Assembly: GCA_963773315.1 (NCBI GenBank)
Contig: CAVZAF010000010.1
Coordinates: 42,151-106,150 of the forward strand
Direction: 5' to 3'
DNA from: an uncultured Acidimicrobiales bacterium
GTDB lineage: Bacteria > Actinomycetota > Acidimicrobiia > Acidimicrobiales > DATKAS01
DNA length: 64,000 bases
Part shown: positions 18,538 to 28,705 of the stretch, piece by piece
How positions within the stretch are numbered: the stretch's first letter is position 1
Layout: each line of letters starts with the position of its first letter
Translations under genes and position numbers: made by a program
Notes under the pieces: generated by a model
The model's input: only the letters and a program-made list of their open reading frames with translations
The model's database searches: none
Told to the model about the DNA's origin: nothing

Positions 18538-21477
18538 CTATGAGTTCGGCGGGTCGTCCTCTACGAGCACCCGCTTCGCGAGACGGGCGGCGTCGGCGCG
18601 ACGCTTCACCCCGAGCTTTCGCATGACGCTGCTCACGTGCACACCCGCGGTCTTCCGCGAGATGAACAATGTCTCTCCGATCTCGCGATCGGTGCGGGCC
18701 TCGGCCATGAGGCGGAGGACCTCGAGCTCACGCGGCGTCAGGCCGAAGTGCTGGTCGCTCGGCGGAGGCAGGGCTTCAGCTTCGACCGTCAGTCGTAGCC
18801 GGGCACGCCGGCCGATCTGCTCCGCGAGCAATCGGATCGGAGCTTTGGGGAGGTCGGTGAAGAGGGCGACGGCCTCGTTCAGCGCTGCCGTAGCTTCGGC
18901 TCGGTCGGCTCCCTCGCCCAGCAACGCCTCGGCGTACCGCGCCCGGGCGTAGGCGCGTTGCGCGACGGCGCCGAGCGCGTCGGTCTCGACGACGGCACGG
19001 CGCCAGTCGCTGCTCGACATCATCCCGTCGACGCGTGACCGCTCGGCGTCACAGAGAGCGAGCAGCGCGCGATACCTCACGGGCCTCCGGTCGGCAGGAC
19101 GCATCGCAGCCGAGGCGAGCAGGGCGTCGAAGTCGGCGAGGAATGGTCCGAGCCAGGACGCGCCGGCCGCTCCTCGTTCCGAGGTGATCTCGGCGGCAGC
19201 CCACAGGCCGAGCCACATCGCGGTGAGCGCCTCCGTATGGGGCATTGGGTGGCCCGACTCGCGCGGAAGAGAACGCACCGCCTCAGCTGCCGCCCCGACC
19301 GCGGTCTCCCAGTGCCGCGTCTCGATCGCGACGCAGGCGACCCCCTGCGCCTGGTAGGTGTCGTCAGACCGGGTGAGGTCGAGCATCGCGAGGTCCTGCT
19401 CCGCGCCCGGCAGGTCGCCGGTCACCCAGTTGAGCCATACCCGCGCCTGCAGGATGTTGTCACGCCCTGGCTCGAGGCTCTCGATGTAGACGTCGGCGTC
19501 GAGCAAGAGTCGCGCTTCGTCCCACCGTCCCAGGTCTATGAGCGGGAGGGCCTCATTGCCGATCCAGATTGCACTGCGCTCCAGACCGACCTCACGCATC
19601 GCCGCCCGTGCCTCGGGAGGGACCGCGGCCGCGTCCTCGATGAGCCCGAGGCCGAACAACGCGTAGGTCCGATTGACCCAAAGCCGCGACGTGTTCTCGA
19701 CGTCGCCCTCGACCTCAGTAAGGCGCGCCGCGTCTCCGAATGCAGTGAGCGCGGCCGCCTCGTCGCCGAGGCTCGCCTCGGCGTCTGCAAGCGTTGTCAG
19801 CGCGTTCGCCTCGACGGTGATCGCGCCGACCTGGCGTGCCACGTCGATGGCCTCGCGGGCTCGCTCCGCGGCACCGGGCAGCCGGAGCACGTTCAGGATG
19901 GTCGCGTGCCCGGCGAGGACACGCGCGCGCTCCGGTGTGGGCGGGTGCTCCGGCGCGAGGGCCACCCCGCGCTCGTAGTAGGTCAGCGCGTCCGCCTCTC
20001 GACCCGACAAGTACGCGTAGCGCCCTAGCCGTTCGAGGAGGACGGCTGCTCTGAGCACATCTGCTCTCTCGTCGACCAGGGAGAGTGCTTGCTGGCCCAG
20101 CGCCAATGCCCGTGTCGGCGCTCCCGCCCAGTTCGCGGTTTCTGCCGTGCGCCAGAGAAGCTCGACCTCGTCCATCCCGGCGAGGTCGCTGGCGCCCTCC
20201 ACCGATGGCCAGAGCTGCAGGGCGCTCTCATACGCCCCGAGCGCCTCGGGATGCGCATGAACCAGTTCCGCGGCGGCCGCCGCCTCGATCCACGCGGGCA
20301 GAGCCTCGACGATGTTGCGTGCGTGATGCCAGTGCCCCGCTCGCTCGAGCGCCGCAAGCGCGGGGCCGACGTGGGCGAGGCTGGGATCCTTCTCGAGTGC
20401 GTGAGCGAATGTCGCGTGGAGCCGTGAGCGCTCTCCGGGGAGCGACTCCTCGTAGACGGCCTCGGCCGTGAGCGTGTGGCGAAACACGTAGCCGGTGCCA
20501 TCGACGTCGGGTTCGAGGAGGTGGTGATCGAGGAGCTCACGCAGCGCCGCCTCGAACCCCGGCGATGGCCACGCGAGCACCGTCCGCAACAGGCGCTCGT
20601 CGACGTGGACGCCACCGACCGCGGCGACTCTCAGCACCTCGGAGGCTTCGACACTGAGAGAGCTCGTCCGCGCGAGCAGCACGTCCTGCAATCGGGGAGG
20701 GATGCGGCTTGTGGATCCGAGCTTGACCGAGGCGGCAACCTCTTCGGCCAGGAACGGGTTGCCACTGCATCGCTCATGCATCTCATCGGCCGTGGCCGCG
20801 CTCGGCTCCTGGCCGAGGATCTCGGTGAGCATCTGCCTCACGCCGTCGCGGTCCAGCCGGTCGAGCTCGATGACCTCGGTGAGCGGGAGCCGTTCGATCT
20901 CCGCGAGGAAGGGGAGGACCGGGTGTCGACGTGTGAGCTCGTCTGTGCGGTACGTGCCCACGACGAGGAGCGGGATGTCGCGCGCTGCGCGGATGACATA
21001 GCTCAGGAGGTTTCGAGTCGAGGTATCTGACCAGTGCAGATCCTCGATGGCGAGGACCACGGGTCGCTCGCGTCCGAGTGACTCGAGCGTCCGCAGGAAC
21101 GCTCGGTGCAGCCGGCCGGCCGGATCACCCCCGAGAGGACCCCGCTCGGTGTCCCCGATGAGCTCGGGCACCAGGTCGGCCAGGTCTGCCCCCGCACCGC
21201 CGTCGGGGTGCCATCCCGCTCGCTGGAGCGAGCGGAGGCAATCGGATATCGGGAGATACGGAATGTGCTCATCGACGCATCCGCCGGTGAGCACCACGCT
21301 GTCCGTCTCCGCGTGGGACAGGAATTCTCGGAGGAGTCGGGTCTTGCCGATGCCCGCTTCGCCCGTGACGAGCACCGTGACCGGCGAGCCCGCGCGAGCG
21401 GTCACAAGCGCGGCATCGAGGCGTGCTCGCTCGCCCTCCCGCCCGATCAACGTGCGGCTCGTCGTCCGCCCCACCAC
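18538..21477 (-). CDS. STAND AAA-ATPase / TPR / LuxR-HTH transcriptional regulator
   Basis: LIGRE start region, Walker A GEAGIGKT, Walker B IEDLHW, GNPF, C-terminal LTPRELEVL...ISRKTAGVHVS; true start about 21477. Confidence 0.9.
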   Translation of the reverse strand: MVGRTTSRTLIGREGERARLDAALVTARAGSPVTVLVTGEAGIGKTRLLREFLSHAETDSVVLTGGCVDEHIPYLPISDCLRSLQRAGWHPDGGAGADLADLVPELIGDTERGPLGGDPAGRLHRAFLRTLESLGRERPVVLAIEDLHWSDTSTRNLLSYVIRAARDIPLLVVGTYRTDELTRRHPVLPFLAEIERLPLTEVIELDRLDRDGVRQMLTEILGQEPSAATADEMHERCSGNPFLAEEVAASVKLGSTSRIPPRLQDVLLARTSSLSVEASEVLRVAAVGGVHVDERLLRTVLAWPSPGFEAALRELLDHHLLEPDVDGTGYVFRHTLTAEAVYEESLPGERSRLHATFAHALEKDPSLAHVGPALAALERAGHWHHARNIVEALPAWIEAAAAAELVHAHPEALGAYESALQLWPSVEGASDLAGMDEVELLWRTAETANWAGAPTRALALGQQALSLVDERADVLRAAVLLERLGRYAYLSGREADALTYYERGVALAPEHPPTPERARVLAGHATILNVLRLPGAAERAREAIDVARQVGAITVEANALTTLADAEASLGDEAAALTAFGDAARLTEVEGDVENTSRLWVNRTYALFGLGLIEDAAAVPPEARAAMREVGLERSAIWIGNEALPLIDLGRWDEARLLLDADVYIESLEPGRDNILQARVWLNWVTGDLPGAEQDLAMLDLTRSDDTYQAQGVACVAIETRHWETAVGAAAEAVRSLPRESGHPMPHTEALTAMWLGLWAAAEITSERGAAGASWLGPFLADFDALLASAAMRPADRRPVRYRALLALCDAERSRVDGMMSSSDWRRAVVETDALGAVAQRAYARARYAEALLGEGADRAEATAALNEAVALFTDLPKAPIRLLAEQIGRRARLRLTVEAEALPPPSDQHFGLTPRELEVLRLMAEARTDREIGETLFISRKTAGVHVSSVMRKLGVKRRADAARLAKRVLVEDDPPNS

Positions 21478-21587
21478 ACCGGCATCTTCGCATCGCACCG
21501 CCGGTGACGCTGCGGGACGCGCGGCGCGGCCCCCACGGGCTGGAGGTCCACTCCTCCCGTCGGGGCCGTGCGTCGCTGTTGACTCGT

Positions 21588-22094
21588 TCAGCACGGGCCG
21601 GTCAGGCGACATTCGGCGGCGTTCACCGAACCGGGGACTGCGTCTGCGTGAAGCGGGGTCGTGGAGACGTCGACCGACTGCAGCTCCGGGCTGAGTGCGT
21701 TGACGCTCTGCGGGGACTGCGGGGCCGGCGAGACGTTGACTGATTGATGGAGCGACGCCGGGGAGAGGCCTGTCAGCCCCTCTGCCTGGGACCAATGGGC
21801 GATCGCGGAAGCTGGCAGCTCCGGGCTGAGTGCGTTGACGCTCTGGGGGGACTGCGGGGCCGGCGAGACGTCGACTGACTGCAGCTCCGGGCTGAGTGCG
21901 TTGAGGCTCTGGACAGGCTGCTGGGTGGAGACGACGTTCCCACGCGTTGGCGTCGTGCTCCCGCCTCCGTCGCCCGTCGCCCACGCGCCGATCGCCAGGG
22001 CGATCATGACGACGAATGCGGCGACGGACACCGCGGCGACGATGTAGATGGGCTTTGCCGAGCTTTTGGCGGTGGGGGTGACGATTGCGTTCAT
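21588..22094 (-). CDS. Exported/membrane-anchored repeat protein
   Basis: N-terminal hydrophobic helix, three QS(V/L)NALSPEL repeats, AGGAG RBS upstream of ATG 22094. Confidence 0.75.
   Translation of the reverse strand: MNAIVTPTAKSSAKPIYIVAAVSVAAFVVMIALAIGAWATGDGGGSTTPTRGNVVSTQQPVQSLNALSPELQSVDVSPAPQSPQSVNALSPELPASAIAHWSQAEGLTGLSPASLHQSVNVSPAPQSPQSVNALSPELQSVDVSTTPLHADAVPGSVNAAECRLTGPC
21664..21911. repeat. Intragenic ~66-bp repeat family (3 core copies)
   Basis: gcagctccgggctgagtgcgttga(c/g)gctctg at 21680, 21815 and 21881. Confidence 0.9.
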
Positions 22095-22229
22095 GGGACT
22101 CTCCTGTGTCTCGGGCGGCTCCCTCGAACCGCTGAACGAGTCCCATGGTCTGATTTCACGCCTCGTGCCACATCGGGCACCGCGCCCCGTTCTCGTCGGC
22201 GCGCGCCTTAGTGCATCGGGTGCGCTCGC

Positions 22230-22916
22230 CTAGGCAGCTCGACGCCTCGGGGTTCGCTGGTCCTTCGCGAGCAGCGGGAGCGCCGCGAGGTCGGCGTGCT
22301 CCGGGTGGTCGGCGATGAAGTCGCGCACCCGATCGCGCGTGCGCTGCGCCCGCTTGCGGGCGGCGTCAGGCGAGAGCCCGTAGCGGGGCGCGACGGTGTG
22401 CGACGGGGAGGGATCGCCGGCGTGGCGCTGCTCGGCAAGGTCGAACAGAAGGGCGATGTCGTCGCCGCGGGTGCCGGTCGCTTCGAGGACCGAGAGCAGG
22501 GCAGCGACCCGGGGCTCGTCGGCTGCGAGCCGCGTGACCGTGTCGAGCAGATCGCCGTCGACGGCGGCCACGACCGCCTCCGGCGCGACGTCGTCGCACG
22601 GATCGGCCGCGGCCAGCGGCCAGTAGCCCTGGTTCTTGCGCACCTCGGTCGTGAGGTGCGCCCAGGCCCACCGCCACGGGAGCGCGCCATCGGGACGCCA
22701 CGCGGCCGCGTGAGGGATGAGCCAGGTGCAGAAGTCGGTGGCGACCGCCTCGACCTCGTCACTCGGCAACGCCCGGCCGACCTCGACCGCGGCCCGCCGC
22801 ACGGCGGCCTTGAGCTCGGCGTCGAACCGATGCCGCAGCACAAACGCCGCGGTGTGGTCGCCGGCCGCCATCGCCGCCATCAGCTTCTTCAGCATGTTCC
22901 GCCTACCAGACTCCAC
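22230..22916 (-). CDS. Hypothetical protein, degenerate sigma-70/ECF-like
   Basis: C-terminal HTH-like SHTVAPRYGLSPDAARKRAQRTR; region-2-like DEVEAVATDF...PWRWA. Confidence 0.55.
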   Translation of the reverse strand: MESGRRNMLKKLMAAMAAGDHTAAFVLRHRFDAELKAAVRRAAVEVGRALPSDEVEAVATDFCTWLIPHAAAWRPDGALPWRWAWAHLTTEVRKNQGYWPLAAADPCDDVAPEAVVAAVDGDLLDTVTRLAADEPRVAALLSVLEATGTRGDDIALLFDLAEQRHAGDPSPSHTVAPRYGLSPDAARKRAQRTRDRVRDFIADHPEHADLAALPLLAKDQRTPRRRAA

Positions 22917-23046
22917 CTGTCCTCCTCCTGCCTTCAGAGGACATTGTGAAGAGGGGGTGGGACATTAAGCCGCGGGCCCCTTCTCTCAGGCGTGTCGACG
23001 CCCGCTAGAAATAGGGACCTCATCTGACGACAGGGGGGGCATCGGG

Positions 23047-23952
23047 ATGCCTGGGTTGTGTGAGGGACGAGTCGCGATCGTCACGGGCGCCGGCCGGGGC
23101 ATCGGCCGCGAGCACGCGCTGATGCTGGCGTCGCACGGTGCGAAGGTCGTCGTGAACGACCTCGGCGGCGAGATGGACGGCACCGGGCAGTCGACCGGTC
23201 CCGCGCACGACGTCGTCGACGAGATCAAGGCGATGGGCGGCGAGGCCGTCGCGAACGGCGACAGCGTCGCCGACTGGGAGGGTGCGCAGCGCCTCGTGAA
23301 CACCGCGGTCGAGACGTTCGGAGGGCTCGACGTCCTCATCAACAACGCGGGCATCCTCCGCGACCGAATGCTCGTGAACATGACGGCCGAGGAGTGGGAC
23401 GCGGTCATCAACGTCCACTTGCGCGGCACGTTTGCTCCTTCGCGGTGGGCGGCGGCCTACTGGCGAGACCGCGCCAAGGCGGGCGAAGCCAACGACGCCC
23501 GCATCATCAACACCACCTCGGTGTCGGGCATCTACGGCAACCCCGGTCAGACGAACTACGGCGCCGCGAAGATGGGCATCGCTGCCTTCACGATCATCGC
23601 GTCACGCGAGCTCGGACGGTACGGCGTGACGGTGAACGCGGTGGCGCCCGGGGCGCTCACCCGCATGACCGAGGGCCTCGGCATGGGTCAGGCCAGCGAA
23701 GAAGACCGCGAGCGCATGTCGCCGCGATGGATCGCACCGATCGTCACGTGGCTCGCGAGCGATCAATCGGCGGGCGTCACCGGGCGCGTCTTCGAGGCGT
23801 CGGGTCGGGTGCTCGCGATCGCAGAGGGCTGGCACCGAGGCCCGCGTGTCGAGCCGGTCGACGACCCCACGCAGATGGGTCCCGTCGTCGCCGACCTCCT
23901 CGCCAAAGCTCGCTCGAACGCCGGCATGGACGGCGAAGACGCCCGCAACTGA
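23047..23952 (+). CDS. SDR oxidoreductase (3-hydroxyacyl-CoA dehydrogenase, MFE-2-like)
   Basis: TGAGRGIG, VVNDLGG, NNAGILRD, GQTNYGAAK. Confidence 0.93.
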   Translation: MPGLCEGRVAIVTGAGRGIGREHALMLASHGAKVVVNDLGGEMDGTGQSTGPAHDVVDEIKAMGGEAVANGDSVADWEGAQRLVNTAVETFGGLDVLINNAGILRDRMLVNMTAEEWDAVINVHLRGTFAPSRWAAAYWRDRAKAGEANDARIINTTSVSGIYGNPGQTNYGAAKMGIAAFTIIASRELGRYGVTVNAVAPGALTRMTEGLGMGQASEEDRERMSPRWIAPIVTWLASDQSAGVTGRVFEASGRVLAIAEGWHRGPRVEPVDDPTQMGPVVADLLAKARSNAGMDGEDARN

Positions 23953-23967
23953 GACAGGAGACCAGCG

Positions 23968-24825
23968 ATGCCCATCAACCCCGACGCCGTCGGAACCGAG
24001 TCCGAGCCCGTCGAGACCTCGTGGACCTCGAAGGACTGCCTGCTCTACGCCGTGGGCGTGGGTGCCGGCGTCGATGAGCTCCCGTTCACGACCGAGAACA
24101 CCTCTGGCGTGCCGCAGCAGGTGCTCCCGACCTTCGCCGTGATCGTCGGCATGGGCGGCGGAGCGTTCGGCAAGATCGGCACGTTCAACCCGGCGATGCT
24201 CGTGCACGGGCAAGAGGCCATCGAGTTGCACCAGCCGATCCCGCCCGAGGGAACGATCAGGACCACCAGCAAGATCACCGGCATCTACGACAAGGGCAAG
24301 GCCGCGCTCGTCGTGAGCGAGTCGAAGTCAGTCGACGCGAAGACGGGGGAGCCGATGATGACGACGCGCATGTCGGCGTTCATCCGCGGTGAAGGGGGAT
24401 GGGGCGGCGATCGTGGTCCCGGCGGCGCGGTGAACGTGCCGCCCGAGCGCGCCCCCGATCATTCCGTCACCTATCAGACGTCGCCCGACCAGGCCCTCGT
24501 GTATCGGCTGTCGGGTGATCGCAACCCGTTGCACTCCGATCCCTCGTTCGCGGCGATGGGCGGCTTCGACACGCCGATCCTCCACGGTCTCTGCACCTAT
24601 GGGTTCACGGGCCGCGCTCTGCTGCACTCACTGTGCGATGGCGATCCCACGCGCTTCACGGCGATGGAGGGCCGGTTCTCGTCGCCGGTCTTCCCGGGCG
24701 ACAGCCTCACGATCGACATCTGGACGATCGGTGACGGCCAAGCCGTCTACGAGACGAAGCGCAGCGGCTACGGCGGGGCCAAGGACCTGAAGGTCATCGA
24801 TCAAGGCGCGTGCACGTTCAGCTGA
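23968..24825 (+). CDS. MaoC-type (R)-enoyl-CoA hydratase, double hotdog
   Basis: LLYAVGVG, YRLSGDRNPLHSDP, PILHGLCTYG. Confidence 0.93.
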   Translation: MPINPDAVGTESEPVETSWTSKDCLLYAVGVGAGVDELPFTTENTSGVPQQVLPTFAVIVGMGGGAFGKIGTFNPAMLVHGQEAIELHQPIPPEGTIRTTSKITGIYDKGKAALVVSESKSVDAKTGEPMMTTRMSAFIRGEGGWGGDRGPGGAVNVPPERAPDHSVTYQTSPDQALVYRLSGDRNPLHSDPSFAAMGGFDTPILHGLCTYGFTGRALLHSLCDGDPTRFTAMEGRFSSPVFPGDSLTIDIWTIGDGQAVYETKRSGYGGAKDLKVIDQGACTFS

Positions 24826-24829
24826 CGCG

Positions 24830-25504
24830 TCAGAACAGTCTGAGGTCTTCGGGGCGCATCCCCTTCAGCACCTCGTAGTCGATCTCGACACAGCGGAAGC
24901 CGCGATCACCCGCGAGCACCTTTGCTTGCGGTGTGATCGACTGCGCGACGAACACGCCACGCACCGGCCGCAGGCCCGGATCGCGCTCGAGCCGCGCGAT
25001 GTAGCGCGTCAGCTGCTCGACGCCGTCGATCTCACCGCGCCGCTTCACCTCGATGGCGACCGTCGCCCCGGAGCCGTCACGGCAGAGCAAGTCGATCGGC
25101 CCGATGTCGGTGGGGTATTCGCGCCGCACGAGCACCAGGTCGTCGCCGATCACGTCGGGACGAGCAGCGAGCAGCGCCTGCAGCTCGGCCTCGACGCCGT
25201 CCTTCTCGAGCCCGGGATCCGAGCCGAGCTCGTGGGAGCTGTCCGAGAGCACCTCGTCGAACCGGATCAAGAGACGTTCGCCCTTCCCGTTCGTCACGGT
25301 CCAGGTGGGTGCGCCGTCGTCGCCGAGTGCTTCGACGAGCACGTTCGGCGCCACCATCCAGTTCAGGGGCTTGTACGCGCCGCCGTCGGCGTGGATCGCC
25401 ACGCACCCGTCGGCCTTCACCATCACGAGGCGGACGGCGCTCGGCAGCCGTGCGGTGAGCCTTCCCTCGTAGTCGACCGTGCAGCGGGCGATCACGAGAC
25501 GCAT
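24830..25504 (-). CDS. nucS: Mismatch-specific endonuclease NucS/EndoMS
   Basis: [49 protein letters not shown]-terminal clamp-binding LRLF. Confidence 0.96.
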   Translation of the reverse strand: MRLVIARCTVDYEGRLTARLPSAVRLVMVKADGCVAIHADGGAYKPLNWMVAPNVLVEALGDDGAPTWTVTNGKGERLLIRFDEVLSDSSHELGSDPGLEKDGVEAELQALLAARPDVIGDDLVLVRREYPTDIGPIDLLCRDGSGATVAIEVKRRGEIDGVEQLTRYIARLERDPGLRPVRGVFVAQSITPQAKVLAGDRGFRCVEIDYEVLKGMRPEDLRLF

Positions 25505-25571
25505 CGAGAGGACGCTATGCGACCGTCACATGCAGCCCTCACATCGGGCGCGGCCCCGCCGATGGGCATGA

Positions 25572-26294
25572 GTGGCCGGACCCCGATCCTGGACTGACGT
25601 GCCGAGGCCGGCGCGCCCGAAGGTCGGCCGCCTCATGATGGAGGCGAGGCTCGACGCCGGGCTGAGCCGTCGAGACCTCGCTCGGACTGTCGGAGTCGAG
25701 ACGGGGCGGGTGCGCACCTGGGAGCGCAGCGACAAGGTTCCCAGCGATGTCTCGCTCGAAGCGATCGCGGATGCCTGTGGCGTCAGCGTCGAGGTCCTCG
25801 TGCCTCCGCGTCAGCCCCTCTGGTTCGACCCCGTCCTCGGGCGCCTCGTCGTCGGCGAGCAAGAGGTGCGCATCGATCAGGTCGTGCTCGGGAACGAAGG
25901 CGTGCTGCGGTGCTACCTCTCGATGGTCCGCTACGAGCGCGGCCTCGACGACGACGCGCCGGTGACGTTGCGGCTCGACGACCTCGAGGTGCTCGCGCTC
26001 GCGCTCGACGTGACCGACCGAGAGCTGGAGGACCAGCTCGTCAGGTTGGCCGGCGTCTCCGAGCGCACGGCAGCCGACATCCGCAGGCGTCTCGTGCGTC
26101 GCCGCGCGCCGACGCGCGTCGCAGCGCTCGCGTTGGGGGTGCTCGCCGCGGTTCCGGTGGTGCACGTCCGTGGCCAGCACAACGGATTGCCGCTCAACGG
26201 CGGCCCGCAGCCGACGACGACCATCGCGGCGCCCGACGTGCCCGTCGAGATCGGCGACGCGCTCACGATCGAGCGGGACGGCACCCAGCCCTGA
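25572..26294 (+). CDS. XRE-type HTH protein with C-terminal hydrophobic segment
   Basis: ARLDAGLSRRDLA...VRTWERSDKVP HTH; start uncertain. Confidence 0.7.
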   Translation: MAGPRSWTDVPRPARPKVGRLMMEARLDAGLSRRDLARTVGVETGRVRTWERSDKVPSDVSLEAIADACGVSVEVLVPPRQPLWFDPVLGRLVVGEQEVRIDQVVLGNEGVLRCYLSMVRYERGLDDDAPVTLRLDDLEVLALALDVTDRELEDQLVRLAGVSERTAADIRRRLVRRRAPTRVAALALGVLAAVPVVHVRGQHNGLPLNGGPQPTTTIAAPDVPVEIGDALTIERDGTQP

Positions 26295-26343
26295 TCCGGG
26301 GCGCGGCTGGACTCCGCTCAGCCGACTCCAGCATGCTCTCGCA

Positions 26344-27012
26344 GTGCCCGTTCGCCGCCGTCGCCTTCTCGCGCCCCTCCTCGTCGTGGGTGCGCTGATC
26401 TTCGGATTGACCGTGTGCGGCGACGACAGCTCGAAGTCGACAGTGCCCGAGCCGACCGCCGCCGACCTCGCCAGCGCATCCGTCACAGGACCGTGGGCCG
26501 TGACGTTGAAGGTCGACTCGCAGTCGCCTCCGGTGCTCGACAACAGCCTCAAGGTCGGCGACGAGGTGACACGCCAGTACCTGATCGCGGGTGGCTGCAA
26601 CGTCAACACGGTCGACTGCAAAGTGGTCCGGCAAACGAGCGCGGGAAACTCGACCGAGGTGTGGACCCGTGAGGGATCGAAGCTGACGTACCACGTCGAC
26701 GCACCGGTCACGCTGCCGTGCACGATCGACGGCAAGGAGACGCCGGTCGACTACGACGTGAGTGCCACGTTCACGCTCGAAGTCACCGACGCGCAACAGG
26801 TCGGCGAGACATGGCTGGCGACCGAGCTCGCCTATGCGCGCGATGCGACCCTGACGCCCAGCGCGACCGCGGCGCCGAAGGGGTGCCCCACCGGCACGCA
26901 GACCGAGAGCGGCACCGGCGTGCCCGCGCAGTCGAGTCCGGCCACGACCGCGGCGACCGAGACGACCGCGGCGACCGAGACGACTGGCGCTACTGGGACG
27001 ACCGGTCCCTGA
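26344..27012 (+). CDS. Putative secreted lipoprotein
   Basis: RRRR + hydrophobic stretch + LTVC lipobox-like site, Cys pairs, Thr-rich TTAATE tail. Confidence 0.65.
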   Translation: MPVRRRRLLAPLLVVGALIFGLTVCGDDSSKSTVPEPTAADLASASVTGPWAVTLKVDSQSPPVLDNSLKVGDEVTRQYLIAGGCNVNTVDCKVVRQTSAGNSTEVWTREGSKLTYHVDAPVTLPCTIDGKETPVDYDVSATFTLEVTDAQQVGETWLATELAYARDATLTPSATAAPKGCPTGTQTESGTGVPAQSSPATTAATETTAATETTGATGTTGP

Positions 27013-28609
27013 GCCGCTTCCCGATCAGCTCGCGTCGCTTCTGCAGGTCGCGGTAGGTCAGCGTCTCGGTGGCCGAGTCGACTCCGAACGACGCCTTCAC
27101 GCCCTCGAGGTCGATGGGGACGTCCATCGGGTGGATGCCGATGTCGGCCGCGAGGCGATCACCGTGGTGGGTGGCGAAGTACGCGGAGATCGTCGTGATC
27201 TCGGCGAGGAGGTCGAGATCGGGAGCCAGCCGCGCGATCGCACCGTCGAGGAAGACCATGTTCTTCACGTAGAGCATGAGCTCCTTCGGAAGGCTGGCCC
27301 CGTACCCGAGCAACGCCTTCACCGTCCGCTGGATCTCGTGCACGAGCTCTTCGCCCGAGAGCGTCGTAGGGTCGACGGGAGGCTGGTCGAGGCGAAGGTC
27401 GCGGATGACTGCATCGAGATCGGTGTCGGGCGGCAGCGCGCCGAGGTCACGGAGCGCAGCGAGCTGGCCCTTCACGTCATTCGTCGTCGCGCCCATCATC
27501 AACCGCAGGAACGCGAGGCGCCGAGGCTCGCTGAGCCGTCCGACGATGCCGAAGTCGAGAAGCGCCGTGCGTCCGTCCGGGAGGACGAAGAGGTTCCCCG
27601 CGTGCAGGTCGCCGTGGAAGACGCCGTAGATCATCGCCCCTTCCATGAAGGCGATCATCCCGGTGCGAATCACGGCAGTCGTGTCGATGCCGGCGCGCTG
27701 CATGCTCTCGACGTCGTCGAACGCGAAGCCCGACAGCCGTTCCATCACGAGCACGCGGCGCGTGACGAGCGTGGGATGGGGTCGAGGCACGACATAGCCC
27801 CGCTGCCCGAGCTCCGCGAGCACGCGGGCCACATCGAGCATGTTCTGCGCCTCGAGCCGGAAGTCGAGCTCTTCGGAGATCGTCTCGGCGAAGAGCTCGA
27901 CGAGCGCAGGCGGGTTCGCGAGCGCCGCGATCGGGATGCGACCTACGAGTAGAGGGGCCAGCCATGACATCACCGCGAGGTCCTGGCGGACGAGCTTCGC
28001 GACCTGTGGTCGTTGCACCTTCACGACGACGCGCTCGCCGGTGTGCAGCGTCGCGGCGTGCACCTGTGCGATAGAGGCGGCGGCGAGCGGCACGGTGTCG
28101 AACGTCTCGAACACCGACTCCAACGACCGGTGGAGGTCCTGCTCGACGACCGTCCTCACGCTGTCGAAGCTCTCGGCGGGCACGCGGTCGCGGCACAGCT
28201 TGAACTCGCTCACGAGCTCCTCGGGAAACAAGCCCTCCCCGGCCGAGATGATCTGACCCAGCTTGATGTAGGTCGAGCCCAGGTCGGTTGCCGCGACTCG
28301 GAGTCGCCGTGAGATGCCCGCGCGAGAGATGTGCTCGCCCTTGCGCCTCTCGAGCAGCGCCCATCCGCCGACGGCGGTCGCGAGGCGAGCCGTCACGTGC
28401 GCCATGCGGAGGCCCGGAGGCAGGCGACGACGCTGTGTGAGCGCCGGGACTTCGCCGCGGCAGGCCGCACGCACCGCGTCGAGCCCCGGCGCCCACGTGA
28501 TCGCGGCGAGGTCGAGCACCCACGGCGGGTCGTCGCTGAACGCGCCGAACGCGAGATCGGACGGCGCGTCAGCAGGCAGGTCAGCCGACGGGTCGACGGT
28601 GTCTGGCAC
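26990..28609 (-). CDS. ABC1/UbiB (AarF) family kinase
   Basis: YIKLGQ, AAASIAQVH, VVKVQRP, ELDFRLEA, FHGDLHAGN, LLDFG. Confidence 0.93.
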   Translation of the reverse strand: MPDTVDPSADLPADAPSDLAFGAFSDDPPWVLDLAAITWAPGLDAVRAACRGEVPALTQRRRLPPGLRMAHVTARLATAVGGWALLERRKGEHISRAGISRRLRVAATDLGSTYIKLGQIISAGEGLFPEELVSEFKLCRDRVPAESFDSVRTVVEQDLHRSLESVFETFDTVPLAAASIAQVHAATLHTGERVVVKVQRPQVAKLVRQDLAVMSWLAPLLVGRIPIAALANPPALVELFAETISEELDFRLEAQNMLDVARVLAELGQRGYVVPRPHPTLVTRRVLVMERLSGFAFDDVESMQRAGIDTTAVIRTGMIAFMEGAMIYGVFHGDLHAGNLFVLPDGRTALLDFGIVGRLSEPRRLAFLRLMMGATTNDVKGQLAALRDLGALPPDTDLDAVIRDLRLDQPPVDPTTLSGEELVHEIQRTVKALLGYGASLPKELMLYVKNMVFLDGAIARLAPDLDLLAEITTISAYFATHHGDRLAADIGIHPMDVPIDLEGVKASFGVDSATETLTYRDLQKRRELIGKRLRDRSSQ

Positions 28610-28705
28610 GTGTGCAGTCTCGCAGTTCCCTTCTGACGCCCTGACAGCGGGGACTACTCTGCGCGGACGCCGCGGGGGCGCGGGCCGAGTCAGGGGGATT
28701 TGTTG

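Noticed and set aside
21664-21911. Repeats as a possible CRISPR array
   Set aside because: In-frame coding repeats with no unique spacers of regular length and no cas genes
21478-22146. 1202-aa ORF suggesting a repeat-bearing N-terminal extension of the LuxR regulator
   Set aside because: The extension is an off-frame reading of the 168-aa repeat gene; family homology begins at LIGRE near 21477
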